64,000 bases of DNA, taken from Chiloscyllium plagiosum. Taxonomy: Eukaryota. The stretch's first letter is position 1. Each line of letters starts with the position of its first letter. The stretch is from the NCBI RefSeq assembly GCF_004010195.1, contig NC_057719.1:18869159-18933158 (forward strand), in the 5' to 3' direction. Positions 25,681 to 38,044 of this stretch are shown here, piece after piece. Below the pieces are notes generated by a model. That model was given only the letters and a program-made list of their open reading frames with translations, was not told the origin of the DNA and ran no database searches. Made by a program: the position numbers and the translations under genes.

Positions 25681-25766
25681 AAGTCCTGCTCGAAACATTG
25701 ACTCTCCTGCTCCTTAGATGCTGCCTGACTTACTGTGCTTTTTGCAGTGCCACACTCTATCTACTC
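25681..25766 (+). mobile_element. Penelope-like family A fragment
   Basis: cgaaacattgactctcctgctcc..; imperfect TSD taaagaaag(g)ataa. Confidence 0.7.
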
Positions 25767-26831
25767 TAAAGAAAGATAAGTCTCCTGGCCCTAATGGTTT
25801 GCATCTGAGGATCCTAAAAAAAGTAGCTACAGAGGTAGTGGATGCAGTTTTCCTGAAGTCCTTGGATTCTGGAGAAGTACCAGGGGATTGAAAAACTGCC
25901 AATGTGACACCCCTATTCAGAATGGGAGGGAGACAAAAAGTGGGTAACTGTAGACCAATTGGCCTAACATCTATTGTTGGAAAAATAGTGGAATTGATTA
26001 CTGAGGAAGCAATAGTAGCGCATTTGGAAAATCAAAAACTAATCAAGCAGAGTCAGCATGGCTTCATGAAAAGCAAGTAATTTCCTACTAATTTATTAGA
26101 GTTTTTGTGGAAGTCTCAACCAGAATAGATAGAGGGAAACCAGCAGATGTGTTGCATTTGGACCTCCAGAAGACATTCAACAAGGTATCTCACAAAAAGT
26201 TAAGCCTTAAGATAAGAGCCCATGGTATTGGAGCTAGTACATTGACATGGATAGAAAATTTACTAATCAGGCAGGATATTGTGAGTGGGAATAAGGGGTT
26301 ATTTTTCAGTTTGGCAACTGTAGCTACCAACTGTTTACAACAAATATTAATGACTTGGAGGACAGAAGGAAATGTACCACAGCAAAGTTTGTAGATGACA
26401 CAAAAATAGATGGAAAGACAATTTGCAAGGGGAATACAAACAGTTTACAAGGATATATTGATTGGTTAGGTGGGCATAAAATTGGTAAATGGTGTATAAT
26501 ATGGGAAAATGTGAAGTTGATCATTTTGAAAAGGAGAACAACAGTATAGAGTATTACTTAAATTGAGAAAGCTGCGTCACAAAGTTACATGAGAGTACTT
26601 ATGCAAAAAATATAGCAAGCTAGAACACACAGGCTGGAGGTAATTGAGGAGGCAAATGGAATGTTGGCCTTTATTTCAAGGGGGTTGGCATATATAAGTG
26701 GAGAAGTCTTAATTCAATTGTTCAAGATGCTGGTGAGATATTATCTGAAGTACTCTGATCAGTTTTGGTCCACTTATTTAAGGAAAAATCTTATTTCATT
26801 GGAGGCAATTCAGAAAAGAATCACTAATCCC

Positions 26832-27455
26832 TGGTCGAAGTCGAGCTGGCTTTTATTGTCTCATGTACTCAAGTACAGGGACAAAGGAGTACAGGAAAAA
26901 GTTTACAATGTCATCATTCATAGCACCATCTTAGGTAAAAGATACCTAAGTACAAAATCTCTGGTTAAAAAGTAGAAAAATAAAGAGATAAGTTAAAAGT
27001 TCAGTATTACAGCTCTTGTCAGTATGAAGTGGTAAATAAGAATTAAAGAAAAAAGCTCCAAATTACAGTCCTTCTTCGGCTATGGGCCCCTAGTCACTCC
27101 ATGCTGGGTTTTCGCAATGAGGACTTGATCTCTCTCCCACACTGGGCACTCTCACCTCTGCTCTGCCATCAATCGCCATCCTCTCTCTCCTGTGCTGGGC
27201 TCGGTCGTTCGATCTTCACACTGCCATCTCACTGTCGAGATCTGAGCTTACCAGCTGCCTTGGCATAGGCTTCTAGAGTTCCACTCTCGTGTCACTCAGG
27301 ACCTCATCTACTTCCATAATGCCACTGACCACCAGAGTTCTGCCTGGGCACACCAACAGCCTTGTAGCCAACTGCCAAAGTCTCCAATTTGGGCTCCCAG
27401 CCACTGCCGTCACCACTGATGCCTCCACAAGCAAACTCCCTCCAGAAGGTGAGTC
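26832..27455 (-). mobile_element. Unclassified insertion with a Rex1-like 3' tail
   Basis: Interrupts the CR1 between IQKRITNP and LSYEQRL; starts ttttattgtctcatgtactcaagtacag like the reversed Rex1 tail; no ORF homology seen. Confidence 0.45.
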
Positions 27456-28489
27456 GAGGGAGAAATTGTCTTATGAGCAAAGGCTAAGCAGGTTGTGACT
27501 CTACTCACTGGAGTTTAAAACAATGATGGTGATCTCATTAAAACATAGAGGAGTACTAAGCGGGAGCTTGACAGAGTAAATGCTGAGGGAATGTTTCATT
27601 TCTTGAGCGATTCTAGGTTCAGAGGACATAGTGTCAGAATAAAGAGGCATCAATTTAAGGCTGAGATAATGAGGAATTTATTCTCTTGAGGGTTGTGAGT
27701 CATTGGAAATCCTTGCCACCGAGAGCTGTGGGAACAGAGTCCATGTGTATCTTTAAGGCTGAGATAGATAGACACTTTATCAGTAGGGGAATTAAGATTA
27801 TAGGGAAGGCCGGAAAGAGGTACTGAGGATTAACTCTACTGACAGCATTACAGTCTCAAGGCGCCAAATGGCCTACTCATGGTTCCATTTCTTAAGGCCT
27901 TATTGTCTGAGTAGCCACACAACTTAGAAGTAAGGTTGGCCCTCAGTTTTTTCTTCCTGTCCCTCCTACTATGTTTAAGTGCACCGGGAGGACCTGTTGA
28001 ACTAGAAGACTTTGGCGGTCATCCTGGTGAGTAGTGGGGCCCAGAGAGTGGGGCTACTGAGATCACTCCTTCACCTCCCAAGCTGGAACTTCTGCTGGCT
28101 TTAGCATCACAGACAGATATGATTGATGTCCTGTTGTCCCTAGAAGGAGCTTCTGAGGGCCATGGGTGTGGCTGGCCTCCCTAATGATGTCTGCTGGCAC
28201 TACTCCTCTCTCTCTGCCTATCAGGAAGGAGCATACTGAGTGCAGCCCTTCATCCCTAAATTACCTCAATGGCTACAGTGATGAAGTCCAGGTTTGGTGG
28301 GTAATGGAGATTAAAGCTTTGACAGTCCGTCCTCTGAGTGTCTTTAGCAGAGAAATGGGGGAGTTAGTTATGTGTGAGGGATAAACACTTGTGCAGGTTA
28401 AGGATGAGTTTGTGTTGATGGTAATCAGTTGCATAGCACAGAACAATGAAGCTGACTAGATTGATTGGCCAAGTCTGTTAACTATTACA

Positions 28490-28593
28490 CTAGTGACCTA
28501 ACAAACGAACAATGGTCTGAAAGCTAGTGCTTCCAAATAAACCTGTTGGACTATTGCCTGATGTGTGATTTTTACACCGGCATCTCATCATCA
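28490..28593 (+). mobile_element. Penelope-like family B fragment
   Basis: gaaagctagtgcttccaaataaacctgttggactat..acaccggcatctc; TSD taactattaca (28479-28489, 28594-28604). Confidence 0.78.
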
Positions 28594-28761
28594 TAACTAT
28601 TACAGAGTCACACACTCTCCCTCTCACTCCTTCTATCCTTTTTTGTTTGTGGGACACTTTTTTCTTGCAATGAATCAAAGGGAGTGGTGGAATATGATGG
28701 TGATTCAGGAGGTGTGGTCAGATGTGCCCATCGGGTGAGTAGAAAACCCAGAGCACAGGAG

Positions 28762-29463
28762 AACCCTGTAGAGACCAGTGGTGTCCTGCAGGGATCTGTT
28801 CTTGGGCCTGTGCTTTTTGTAGTTTTTATAAATGACTTGGATGAAGAAGTGGAAGGGTGGGATAGTAAGTTTGCCAATGATGGAGTTGTAGATAGTGTTG
28901 AGGGCTGTTGCAGGCTACAAGACATTGATAGGATGCAGACCTGGGCTGAGAGTGGCAGATGGAGTCAACCTGGATAAATGGTGTTTTTGCTTTCATTAGC
29001 AGGCGGATTGAGTTTAAGAACTGCAGGGTATTGCTGCAGCTCTATAAAACCCTGATCAGAGCACACTTGGAATATTGTGTCCGGTTCTGGTTGCTTCATT
29101 ACAGGAAGGATGTAGAGAGTGTGCAGAGGAGATTTACCAGGATGCTGCCTAGATTGGAGGGCATGTCTTATGAAGAGAGGTTGAGAGATTGAGGGCTTTT
29201 CACACTGGAGAGAAGAAGGAAGAGCAGTGGCTTGATAGATGTGGACAGGGTAATGAGAGACATAGATAGAGTAGATAGCCAGAGACTTTTCCCCAGGGCA
29301 GAAATGGCTGTCATAAGAGGTCATAATTTTAAAGTGATTGGAGGGAGGTGTACTGGAGATGTCAGAGGAAGATTCTTTATGCAGATAGTGGTGTGTACTC
29401 GGTACAACAGAGTGGGTCGAAGGGCCTGTACTGTGCTGTACCGTTGTGTGTTCTATGCTCTAT
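28762..29463 (+). mobile_element. CR1 LINE 3' part with internal deletions
   Basis: [37 protein letters not shown]; tail ttctatgctctatg. Confidence 0.9.
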
Positions 29464-29629
29464 GAAAAATTAATAATTTGGATGATGAAGTGGGTGAGAT
29501 CCATTGAGAGGTTCTAATGGATACAACAGTCAGAGTTGAACTCCATAGGTCTTGATGAGAAGCATGTACAGTGACAGAATTAGAGTGAGTAGTGGCCCGG
29601 TAAGTGCAAGTAACAGAGAGAAAATAGTC

Positions 29630-30030
29630 GCACCTACCCTTGTGGAGCACAGAGACCATTAATCTTCTTCCTGCAGTGTTGTGCATTGCATTTTACCTGG
29701 ACCTTTGTATTGAGCTAGGCCACCATATTGGTCCACAATAGCCGTGTTTGGTAGCAGGGCTGGGACAAGGGGCAGTATCAAAGCTCACTGACCAGGGCTT
29801 AGGGCTGTAGCGGGTAATCATGTTAGGGTAAAGGGAGAGGCCAGTGTGCTCAGGTTGAGGGGGTGTGGGACCTGGGCAGCACCAAGGCCTGTGATTTCTG
29901 ACCCTACCACTGTTTGGTGTCATAGCCTTCTTTGTTTGTCAGCAGGATTCGGCATTGCCTTCCTCTCCACCCCCCACCCCACCAGTATCACCAGGATCCT
30001 GTTGACGAACCAAGGAATGAGCTCATATCA
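29630..30030 (-). mobile_element. Harbinger-type Myb/SANT gene first-exon relic
   Basis: Minus translation PWFVNRILVILV..ERKAM..ADKQRR and KCNAQHCRKKING..STR followed by the donor-like GGTAGG. Confidence 0.6.
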
Positions 30031-31312
30031 CAATGTGAGGGGCAGCTCCTAGCTTTAACCATCTGGATTTGTGGGAAAGTGGCTATTAAATGTTGCACCA
30101 GAGATGTGAATGCTGGAAGGTCCCAGCAACAATGAGCACGTTTTCCTCTCTTGTCATTTGATTCCATAAGAGTGGTGCCACGGATTCATAATTAATAAAG
30201 AGAATTGCAGAAAATTGCGTGAGAAAGTCAAAGTGACACTTGATTATCACTCAATGAAAACCCATTTTGACTGAAAGTGGGAATTGCAACCCAAAGTCTT
30301 CCATTCCCCACCAATGATATCTATCAGTGCTCCAGAATAGGCATTTCTTTGCTTTGAGGAATATTTATTGTTCAATCTAAGAGTGAAAGTCTCGTGCAGT
30401 TTTACAACACTTCACAAGCAATAAGGAAGTTTCGAAAAACCTCCAGTCCTCTATCTGGTTTTACATCAGGTTTTACATCTTGACAAATGATTTTAAAAAT
30501 AACTACATCAAACTAGTTATAGTTTAATTGCTTTAAAGCAGTTAGTTCCTGAAGAATCTATTGGTGCCTTTATAGCTGTTAAATAAGTTCAATGTAACCA
30601 GTTTCCCTAAATAGGCTTAATCAACAGAAACTTATGAGGTTTGCAATTTCAACCTGGAGGCATGGCCAGTTTTGAGAACAGTGTCTTTTATTGCCAAAAT
30701 AATTTTGAAGGTAGTGTTAAAGATTGAGGCAAGTCGATAGATGCTTAGCATAATTTTCATTTAAAAATCTCTGATTTTATTTCACTGTCCTGGGCAATTT
30801 TGCCCAGAGTGTCTGCATAAAATGAATGCAAATTAATGTAAATGTTGCTTCTTCAACTTAACACACGTAGTTTCATAATTTAACAGTACATTACATTTGT
30901 GGCATAATTAGGAAATGTCAGGCCCAACAGTGATATTTGATGCCTCCCACAGAACAATGATGGATAGTTTTGATAACTGGCCATAATAGATCCAATTTTG
31001 CAGAGGTTGTTCTCGATTAACAGTGTTTTGATTCACCTGATTTCGGCATGATTTTTACTTTACAACTTATCATTTCATTAATCCATGCCTAAATCATGAT
31101 TATGCGGTTCTTACCTGACTCCCATCAGTCATTGGCTGTTACCTGCCTAAGTGCCATCTCCACCTATCATGGCTTCTAAGCACTCTGGTCATGAAAACAA
31201 AGGGAGACTGTAGTTAGGAAAAGCAAGAAATCAATTTCAATGGGTGTTAAATTTGATGTGCTCTCCAGATTCAAGCATGGTGATTGAATCCTGGGTATCC
31301 AAAGAGCTTTTA

Positions 31313-31622
31313 TTAGATTCTTTACAGTGTGGAAACAGGCCCTTCGACCCAACCAGTCCACACCGACCCTCCGAAGAGTAACCCACCCAGACCCATTTCC
31401 CTCTGACTATTGCACCTAACACTGTGGGCAATTTAGCACAGCCAATTCACCTGACCTGCACATCTTTGGACTGTGGGACGAAACTGGAGCACCAGGAGGA
31501 AACCCATGCAGACACAGGGAGAATATGCAAACTCCACACAGACAGTCACCCGAGGCTGGAATTGAACCTGGGTCCCTGGCGCTGTGAGGCAGCAGTGCTA
31601 ACTACTGAGCCACTGTGCTACC
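31313..31622 (-). mobile_element. HE1-type V-SINE
   Basis: Reverse complement of 6498-6836 and 33599-33962. Confidence 0.92.
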
Positions 31623-31719
31623 CCTACTGTGCTACTTTGTGTCTCAATAATTCAACTTAGCGCCCAATGAGATGTAATGCTAAGAAAATGAAAGCAAATA
31701 GCAAAACGTTAACTGTGAG

Positions 31720-32665
31720 GACACAGCAAGAGTATTGTGTGCAGTTCTGGAATCCACATTATAGGAGGGATGTGATTACATCAGAGAGTGTGCAGAGTGA
31801 TTTTCCAAGACATTGCCTGGTCTGGAGAGATTTAGTTCTGAAGAGAAATTGGACAGCTTGGGTTTGTTTTCCTTGGAGCCTAGAAGGGCATGATTGAGAT
31901 ATATAGAATTATGAGTGGCATGGATAGATGGGAAGAAACGTTTCCTCAAAGTGGAGGGATCAATAACCGGAGGTGGGGGCATAGATTTAAGTAAAGGAGT
32001 TCAGAGGGGATGTAAGTAAAACATTTTTCACCCAGAGGGTGGTGGGAATATGGAATTCACCACCTGTAAGGGTGATGGAGGCAGGAAACCTTATAATATT
32101 TAAGAAGGATTTAGATGTACAGGATGTAGGTTTGCTCGCTGAGCTGGAAGGCTCATTTTCAAATGTTTCATCACCATATTAGGTAACAACCTCAGTGAGC
32201 CTCAGGATGAAGCACTGGCGGTGTAGCCCGCTTTCTCTTTCTGTGTTTGGGTTTCCTTGGATTGGTGATGCCATTTCCTATGGTGAGGTCATTTTCTGTT
32301 CTTTTTCTCAGGGGGTGGTAAGTGGGATCCAAGTCAATGTGTTTGTTGATAGAGTTCTGGTTGGAATGCCACACTTCTAGGAATTCTCGTGCGTGTCTCT
32401 GTTCACCTTGTCCTAGGATGGATGTGTTGTCCCAGTCGAAGTGGTGTCCTTCCTCATCCGTATGTAAGGATAGTGACAGTGGGTCATGTCTTTTTGTGGC
32501 TAGTTGATGTTCATTTAGATGTGAACTTGGGATGCCAAGGCATTCAAGGTAATGAGGCCAAGTGCTATAAAAATGGCATTAAAATATTTAGGCGATTATT
32601 TTTGACTGGCACAGCCTAAGTGATACAAAGGTCCTTTTGCTGTGCAGTAGACCTTTATAACTCTC
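31720..32665 (+). mobile_element. Old CR1 3' end interrupted by a PLE
   Basis: EYCVQFWNPHYRRDV; tttttcacccagagggtggtg; atttagatgt duplicated around the insert. Confidence 0.75.
32119..32512 (-). mobile_element. Penelope-like (Poseidon-type, family D) 3' end
   Basis: Minus ORF WHSNQNSINKHIDLDPTYHPLR (GIY-YIG C-terminus-like); decayed hammerhead; TSD atttagatgt (32109-32118, 32513-32522). Confidence 0.85.
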
Positions 32666-33598
32666 AAGTGCACTTTCATTAAATACTACACAAATAGTCC
32701 ACAGGGTCCAGACTTGAAAAAGAAATCAAATGAACCCAATGTGAAATGTTTCCCTCTCAAGAGAAGAGCAAGTGAACGATCTTCAAACTTCAATGTCCAG
32801 GACTGCAGAAGAGTCAGATGAAGATTTACAGCCTTTAACCTCCACAGAAGCAATCTTGTGTGTAAGGAAAAATATTTTTAAAAAAACCTTTTTTGCATAT
32901 CCGAATGCCTAGTTTTGCGTTTTAATATTAAATTTGTTCATGTATTCTGTACTTGGTTGATGTTTCAGGAATGTAACCCAACCAAGTATATAGGAATATG
33001 TGTTTCAAAAAGTGCGGTTTTGCTTAATGTGCTGATTTTCAGGAATGTAATTTTCACATTAATTGAGAACTACCTCTACTTCATAATTTCCTTTTATCCA
33101 TTATACTTATCTTATGATGCCATGCTGGATTCAGCAATAGATACAGAGGAAGAGAATTTGTTCAAGCATTATGTTTACATTCTGATATTCGGCAAAGACT
33201 TTAATTAAAAAATACTTTGAATACCTGGAACAGAAACACGATCATTTTTTTGAAGTGTGATTGAATTGTAATGGAAGCATGTGTGCTGTACTTTGTTGAA
33301 TTAACCTCAGTCATTCAGGCTATCCTTGACTTGGCAGCTCAGTGCATACATGTCTATCATTGCTTAATTAAAAACATACACATACATTTAACAGATCAGT
33401 TTCGCATATGGAATTAAATAGAGAACGGGTGTTTTTCTATCTATATCATTAAAGGCATTTTATATTTTGCTTTTTTCTTCAATCTTCATTCCTATCAAGA
33501 ATTCGCTGTCAGGGAGAAGAGGCAGGAAGCAAGTATCCTGTTCAGTTCCCAATATGAGCTTATAACTGGCTGATGTAAGTTATGCAATATAGCTTTAT

Positions 33599-33962
33599 GG
33601 GCAGCACGGTGGCTCAGTGGTTAGCACTGTTGCCTCACAGCACCAGGGACCTGGGTTTGATTCTAGCCTCCGGCAACTGTCTGTGTGGAGTTTGCACATT
33701 CTTCCCGTGTCTGTGTGGGTTTCCTCCGGGTGCTCCGGTTTCTTCGCACAATCCAAACCTGTGCAGGTTAGGTGAATTGCCCATGCTAAATTGCCCATAG
33801 TGTTCAGGGATGTGTAGGTTAGGTGCGTTAGTCAGGGATAAATGTAGAGTTATAGGAGAATGGGACTGGGTGGGCTACTCTTTGAAGGGTCAGTGTGGAC
33901 TTGTTGGGAGAAATGGGAGAAATGGCCTGTTTCCACACTGTACAGATTCTATGATTCTATGA
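33599..33962 (+). mobile_element. HE1-type V-SINE, full length
   Basis: gggcagcacggtggctcagtggttagcac head, V-domain, (attctatg)n tail. Confidence 0.93.
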
Positions 33963-34059
33963 TAGGCTGGCTTCAATTCACTACATCCCCTTACAGGCAG
34001 GCGGACATTAGGAAGTTATTGTTTTGAAAGTGACTACCATTCTTTGCTTCTATTAAAAT

Positions 34060-34325
34060 GTTGTGTGGTGTAGTGGATCGCATTCCTGTGTCTGAGCCAT
34101 AAGCTGCAAATGTGAATCCCACCTGAGGACTTAATGGCCAGGAGGTTGAGTATCAACTCATTCCAACATGTGTCAATGGCAGGGTGCAAGGAGGGGAGAG
34201 ATTCCTGGTCAGCCATGTGACAGAAAGAATGTTACAGGCCTCTACCAACATTATCCTTAGCTCCAGGCTACCACGTGCATATAAGAAGTGTATGTTGCCA
34301 CAGCAACCCGAACTCCCTGAGTGAA
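34060..34325 (+). mobile_element. Probable tRNA-derived SINE
   Basis: A-box-like tggtgtagtgg and B-box-like gtgaatccc. Confidence 0.4.
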
Positions 34326-34479
34326 TTGTAACAAGCTACCACCATTACTCTCTTGCACTACGGAATTGGCATATCTTGGCATATCCCAAATATACTCCTC
34401 AAAGCCTCTGGCACAGCATTTGGACTATGTGCCCAAGTGAACTCAGTTATAATGTGACAATAGCATTATTGTGTGTGTG

Positions 34480-35200
34480 TGGACAGAGCGGGCATCTTCA
34501 TTTACCTATTGTAAGGATGTTAAAACCAATGGGACACCAACAAAAGGAGGTTTCTTTTTCCCTCCCTCTCTCTCTTTCCACACTGTCATCCTTTCCCCTG
34601 TGAGTGCAGAAGGAAAAAAATCTTTAGAATACATTTTTATGAAATATGACTGAAAGCAGACAGAGCTGCTTACAGTGACAATCCAATTACAATGCCTATC
34701 AAACTTAACTTTACAGCTTATAGCCTCTAATTGCCTGACAAAAATTGACAGTTCAGTTGCAACAGTGTAATATAATTGGAGGTCAAATTAAATTTGATCA
34801 GTGCAAGGGAGATGCTATCATTTACCAGTTCTAGCACTGTAGAACGACTCACCTGCCACCCTATCATAGATCTGCAAATGAGAATTAATCATTAATCTAG
34901 TTGATTCCCCCATAATAGGGACGACACATTTAGATATCTTTTAATAAACAGTAATAATGAAATAGGTGATGTGTTAAACACGATATACAGACTATCTTGC
35001 ATATATTAAAAAGGCAATATTTGGCTGATCTGATTTTTCTCTGCCTCTCTCTCTCGGTGCATACTTATCAAAGTAAAAGATGCCATTTGGAGAGAATTAA
35101 AAACAATTTCCCTGTTTTGGTGCATCTAGCAATAATATGAAGCACATTGCCCAGCTCAGGATATTTGCACATCCTAACATTATATTCCAGCCTTTAACAA
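34480..35200. promoter_or_regulatory. Candidate conserved non-coding element/enhancer
   Basis: Repeat-free; dense TAAT/CAATTA/TGACA/TGAT motifs; composition only, conservation not tested. Confidence 0.4.
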
Positions 35201-36029
35201 GATGACTGCTGCCGAACCGATCAATTGCACAGAAATACCTGAATAGCAATTGATCACTTTTGTGGTTGGTGAAACCAATGTGCTTGAGCCTTTATTGCAC
35301 AGATAGCTCTTGGTATTTTAGATTCTGCTCAGCAGAAGAATGTTAATATAGCACTGAAACATAAGGCGGTGCACGAAGAACTCAGTTTATTAATGAGAAC
35401 AGCTGACCAATTTAGTTGGAATGATGTGGGGTTTGTCAGTACATTGGCAGTGTACATTTGTGCACAACACTGAGTCTATACAGTCATACTGCACTACGTA
35501 GTCTTCATTCTATCCCCATTTTCTGCATTGTGTAATATAGCAAAACATTTCAAGTAATGATATGCATCAATAGCTATGGGCATCTCACAGCTTCTGCCAG
35601 TGTCATGCAGTGGTCACCTGGAAAGGACACTAAAGTGTGACCTTACAGAGGTTGACCTCGCTTGTAATCCTGACTTCCTTCCATCGCCCAGACTGTGTCT
35701 CTACTCGTGTGCTATCTGCATGAACTCCAAATATTAATACTGGTTCAGGCTGGAACTTGAACTCAGATCTCCCCAAAACCATGGCACAGTGTGGTCAACA
35801 GCAGCCGAGTGTGAGACAGAATTGTAAAAGGGAATCTTTGCTTGTAATGTGGAATTTTGACTTGAACCATGAGTTCCATGGTGCTTGCAACTTGGGCAAG
35901 GATGAGGTTGATCCAGAACTATATATGGTGGGATTTAGGCTGTGACTTACTGTTTGATGGAGAGGCATAACTTTCAAAGTACAGTGAACACTTCACATGT
36001 GCCCACTGAGAAAGGTAGTGTTCTGGGGA

Positions 36030-36230
36030 GCTGGGGTTTGAATCATTTCATGTCAGATGGTGAAATTTGAATTCAATTAAAATCTGTAAATAAAGGTCTA
36101 ATGATGACCATAAAACTGCTGTCAATTGACAGGTAAAACAGTCTAGTTCACTAATGCCTTTTGGAAAGGAAACTGTTGTTATTACCTGGTCTGGCTCCAG
36201 ACCAAAAGCAATGTGGTTGACTCTCAACTT
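36030..36230 (+). mobile_element. tRNA-derived SINE (ggttcactaatg core family)
   Basis: agttcactaatgccttttggaaagga..acctggtctggc..gcaatgtggttgactct. Confidence 0.7.
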
Positions 36231-36296
36231 TCTTTACCACACAAAGAGATTTACAGTCTAAAATATTATGCACGTATTGTGATGGCTTTTCAAACA

Positions 36297-36532
36297 CTGA
36301 ATAAAAGCAAATTACTACGGATGCTGGAATCTGAAACCAAAAGAGAAAATGCTGGAAAATCTCAGCAGGTCTGGCAGCATCTGTAAGGAGAGAAAAGAGC
36401 TGATGTTTCGAGTCTAACTGACCCTTTGTCAAAGCACTTTGACAAAGGGTCAGTTAGACTTGAAACGTCAGCTCTTTTCTCTCCTTACAGATGCTGCCAG
36501 ACCTGCTGAGATTTTCCAGCATTTTCTCTTTT
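36297..36532. mobile_element. Penelope-like family E near-perfect inverted insertion
   Basis: 97-nt arms 36338-36434 and 36437-36533 with 2 mismatches; TSD gcttttcaaaca (36285-36296, 36533-36544). Confidence 0.88.
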
Positions 36533-37220
36533 GCTTTTCAAACAATTGCACGAGTAGTCGACTACTTTTCCTAATCCTTTATCATACACTTTATCCTAGT
36601 TCTTAACATAATAAAGCTCTTCATTTTATTAGACATTAACAATTGCAAACAGTATGGATTACTCTGCTCCCACTCTCTGATCTAATCATAATTGTGCTAT
36701 GGCTAATTCTCCATTATGAACTTCAAACCAAAACAAGCATTTTGTACCTCTCAATGCAATGATTAGGTGGCACTCCCATTGCAATGGCAGTGACTCTAAA
36801 ATGTCTATGTTAGTTTTAGGATCTAACTAAAGGTAATATCAAATCTAAGGAGAAGAGGAAGAAGGGCAGGTATTGCATCTTCTGTGTCAAAAAAGAAAAG
36901 GTGCCAGTTTAAGGGGAAGATGAGGAGTGGAGCAGGATCACAGAGAGGATGTTGGAGGTGTTCTGAAAGTTGATTTGATACATCTGAGAACACTGTGGGA
37001 AGAAAGGATGAGCATTACAAAGTATTGACTATAATCTTCTGATGTTCTTTAGATGAAGACATAGTGCTGGTGTACTGTAGAATTTCAAATATTCCACCCT
37101 TGTTCAAAAAGATTATAAGAATAAACTTAGCAACTCCTCAGTTTAAGATGAGTGGTGGGAAAACATTCAATAATAATTCAAGAAATGAAAATAACAGCAA
37201 GCCAGGCAAATTGAATCATG

Positions 37221-37846
37221 GATTAGTGGTGCTGGAAGAGCACAGCAGTTCAGGCAGCATCCAAGGAGCTTCAAAATCAACGTTTCGGGCAAAAGCCCTT
37301 CATCAGGAATAAAGGCAGTGAGCCTGAAGCGTGGAGAGATAAGCTAGAGGAGGGTGAGGGTGGGGAGAAAGTAGCATAGAGTACAATGGGTGAGTGGGGG
37401 AGGGGATGAAGGTGATAGGTCAGGGAGGAGAGGGTGGAGTGAATAGGTGGAAAAGGAGATAGGCAGGTAGGACAAGTCCGGACAAGTCATGGGGACAGTG
37501 CTGAGCTGGAAGTTTAGAACTAGGGTGAGGTGGGGGAAGGGGAAATGAGGAAACTGTTGAAGTCCACATTGATGCCCTGGGGTTGAAATGTTCTGAGGCG
37601 GAAGATGAGGCTTTCTTCCTCCAGGCGTCTGGTGTGAGGGAGCAGCGGTGTAGGAGACCCAGGACCTTCATGTCCTCGGCAGAGTGGGAGGGGGAGTTGA
37701 AATGTTGGGCCACGGGGCAGTGTGGTTGTTTTTACCTCATTGATTTGGAGGAAGAATGCCTCATCTTCCGCCTCGGAACGCTTCAATGTGGACTTCAACC
37801 AGAATCTGTTTTCCAGCATCTGCAGTCATTGTTTTTACCAAACGTT
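37221..37846 (-). mobile_element. Penelope-like element 3' end (GIY-YIG C-terminus, UTR, hammerhead) with an inverted deleted segment
   Basis: Minus ORFs AQHFNSPSHS and RRLEEESLIFRLRTFQPQGINVDF; inverted piece ~37735-37840; TSD aatcatg. Confidence 0.9.
37275..37310 (-). ncRNA. Minimal type I hammerhead ribozyme motif
   Basis: Minus strand attc-CTGATGA-agggc-tttt-gccc-GAAAC-GTT-gatt. Confidence 0.7.
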
Positions 37847-38044
37847 AATCATGTTTAACAAACTTGATGGGGTTTTTTGATGGTAACAGAAGTGATGCAG
37901 TACTTTTTAAAAATTTGTTCACAGGATGCAGGTGTCGCTGGCTGGGCCAACATTCATTGCCCATCTTTAATTGCCCAGAGGGCAGTTGAAAGTCATTCAC
38001 ATTGCTGAGGGTCTGGAGTTAGACCAGGTAAAGATGGCAGTTTC

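Larger units (their letters stand above)
25085..27905 (+). mobile_element. Long degenerate CR1 LINE with nested insertions
   Basis: FNKGNY, DVLHLDLQKTFNKV, KFVDDTK, LAFISRGL..LVRYYLKY..QFWS, LSYEQRLSRL. Confidence 0.85.
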
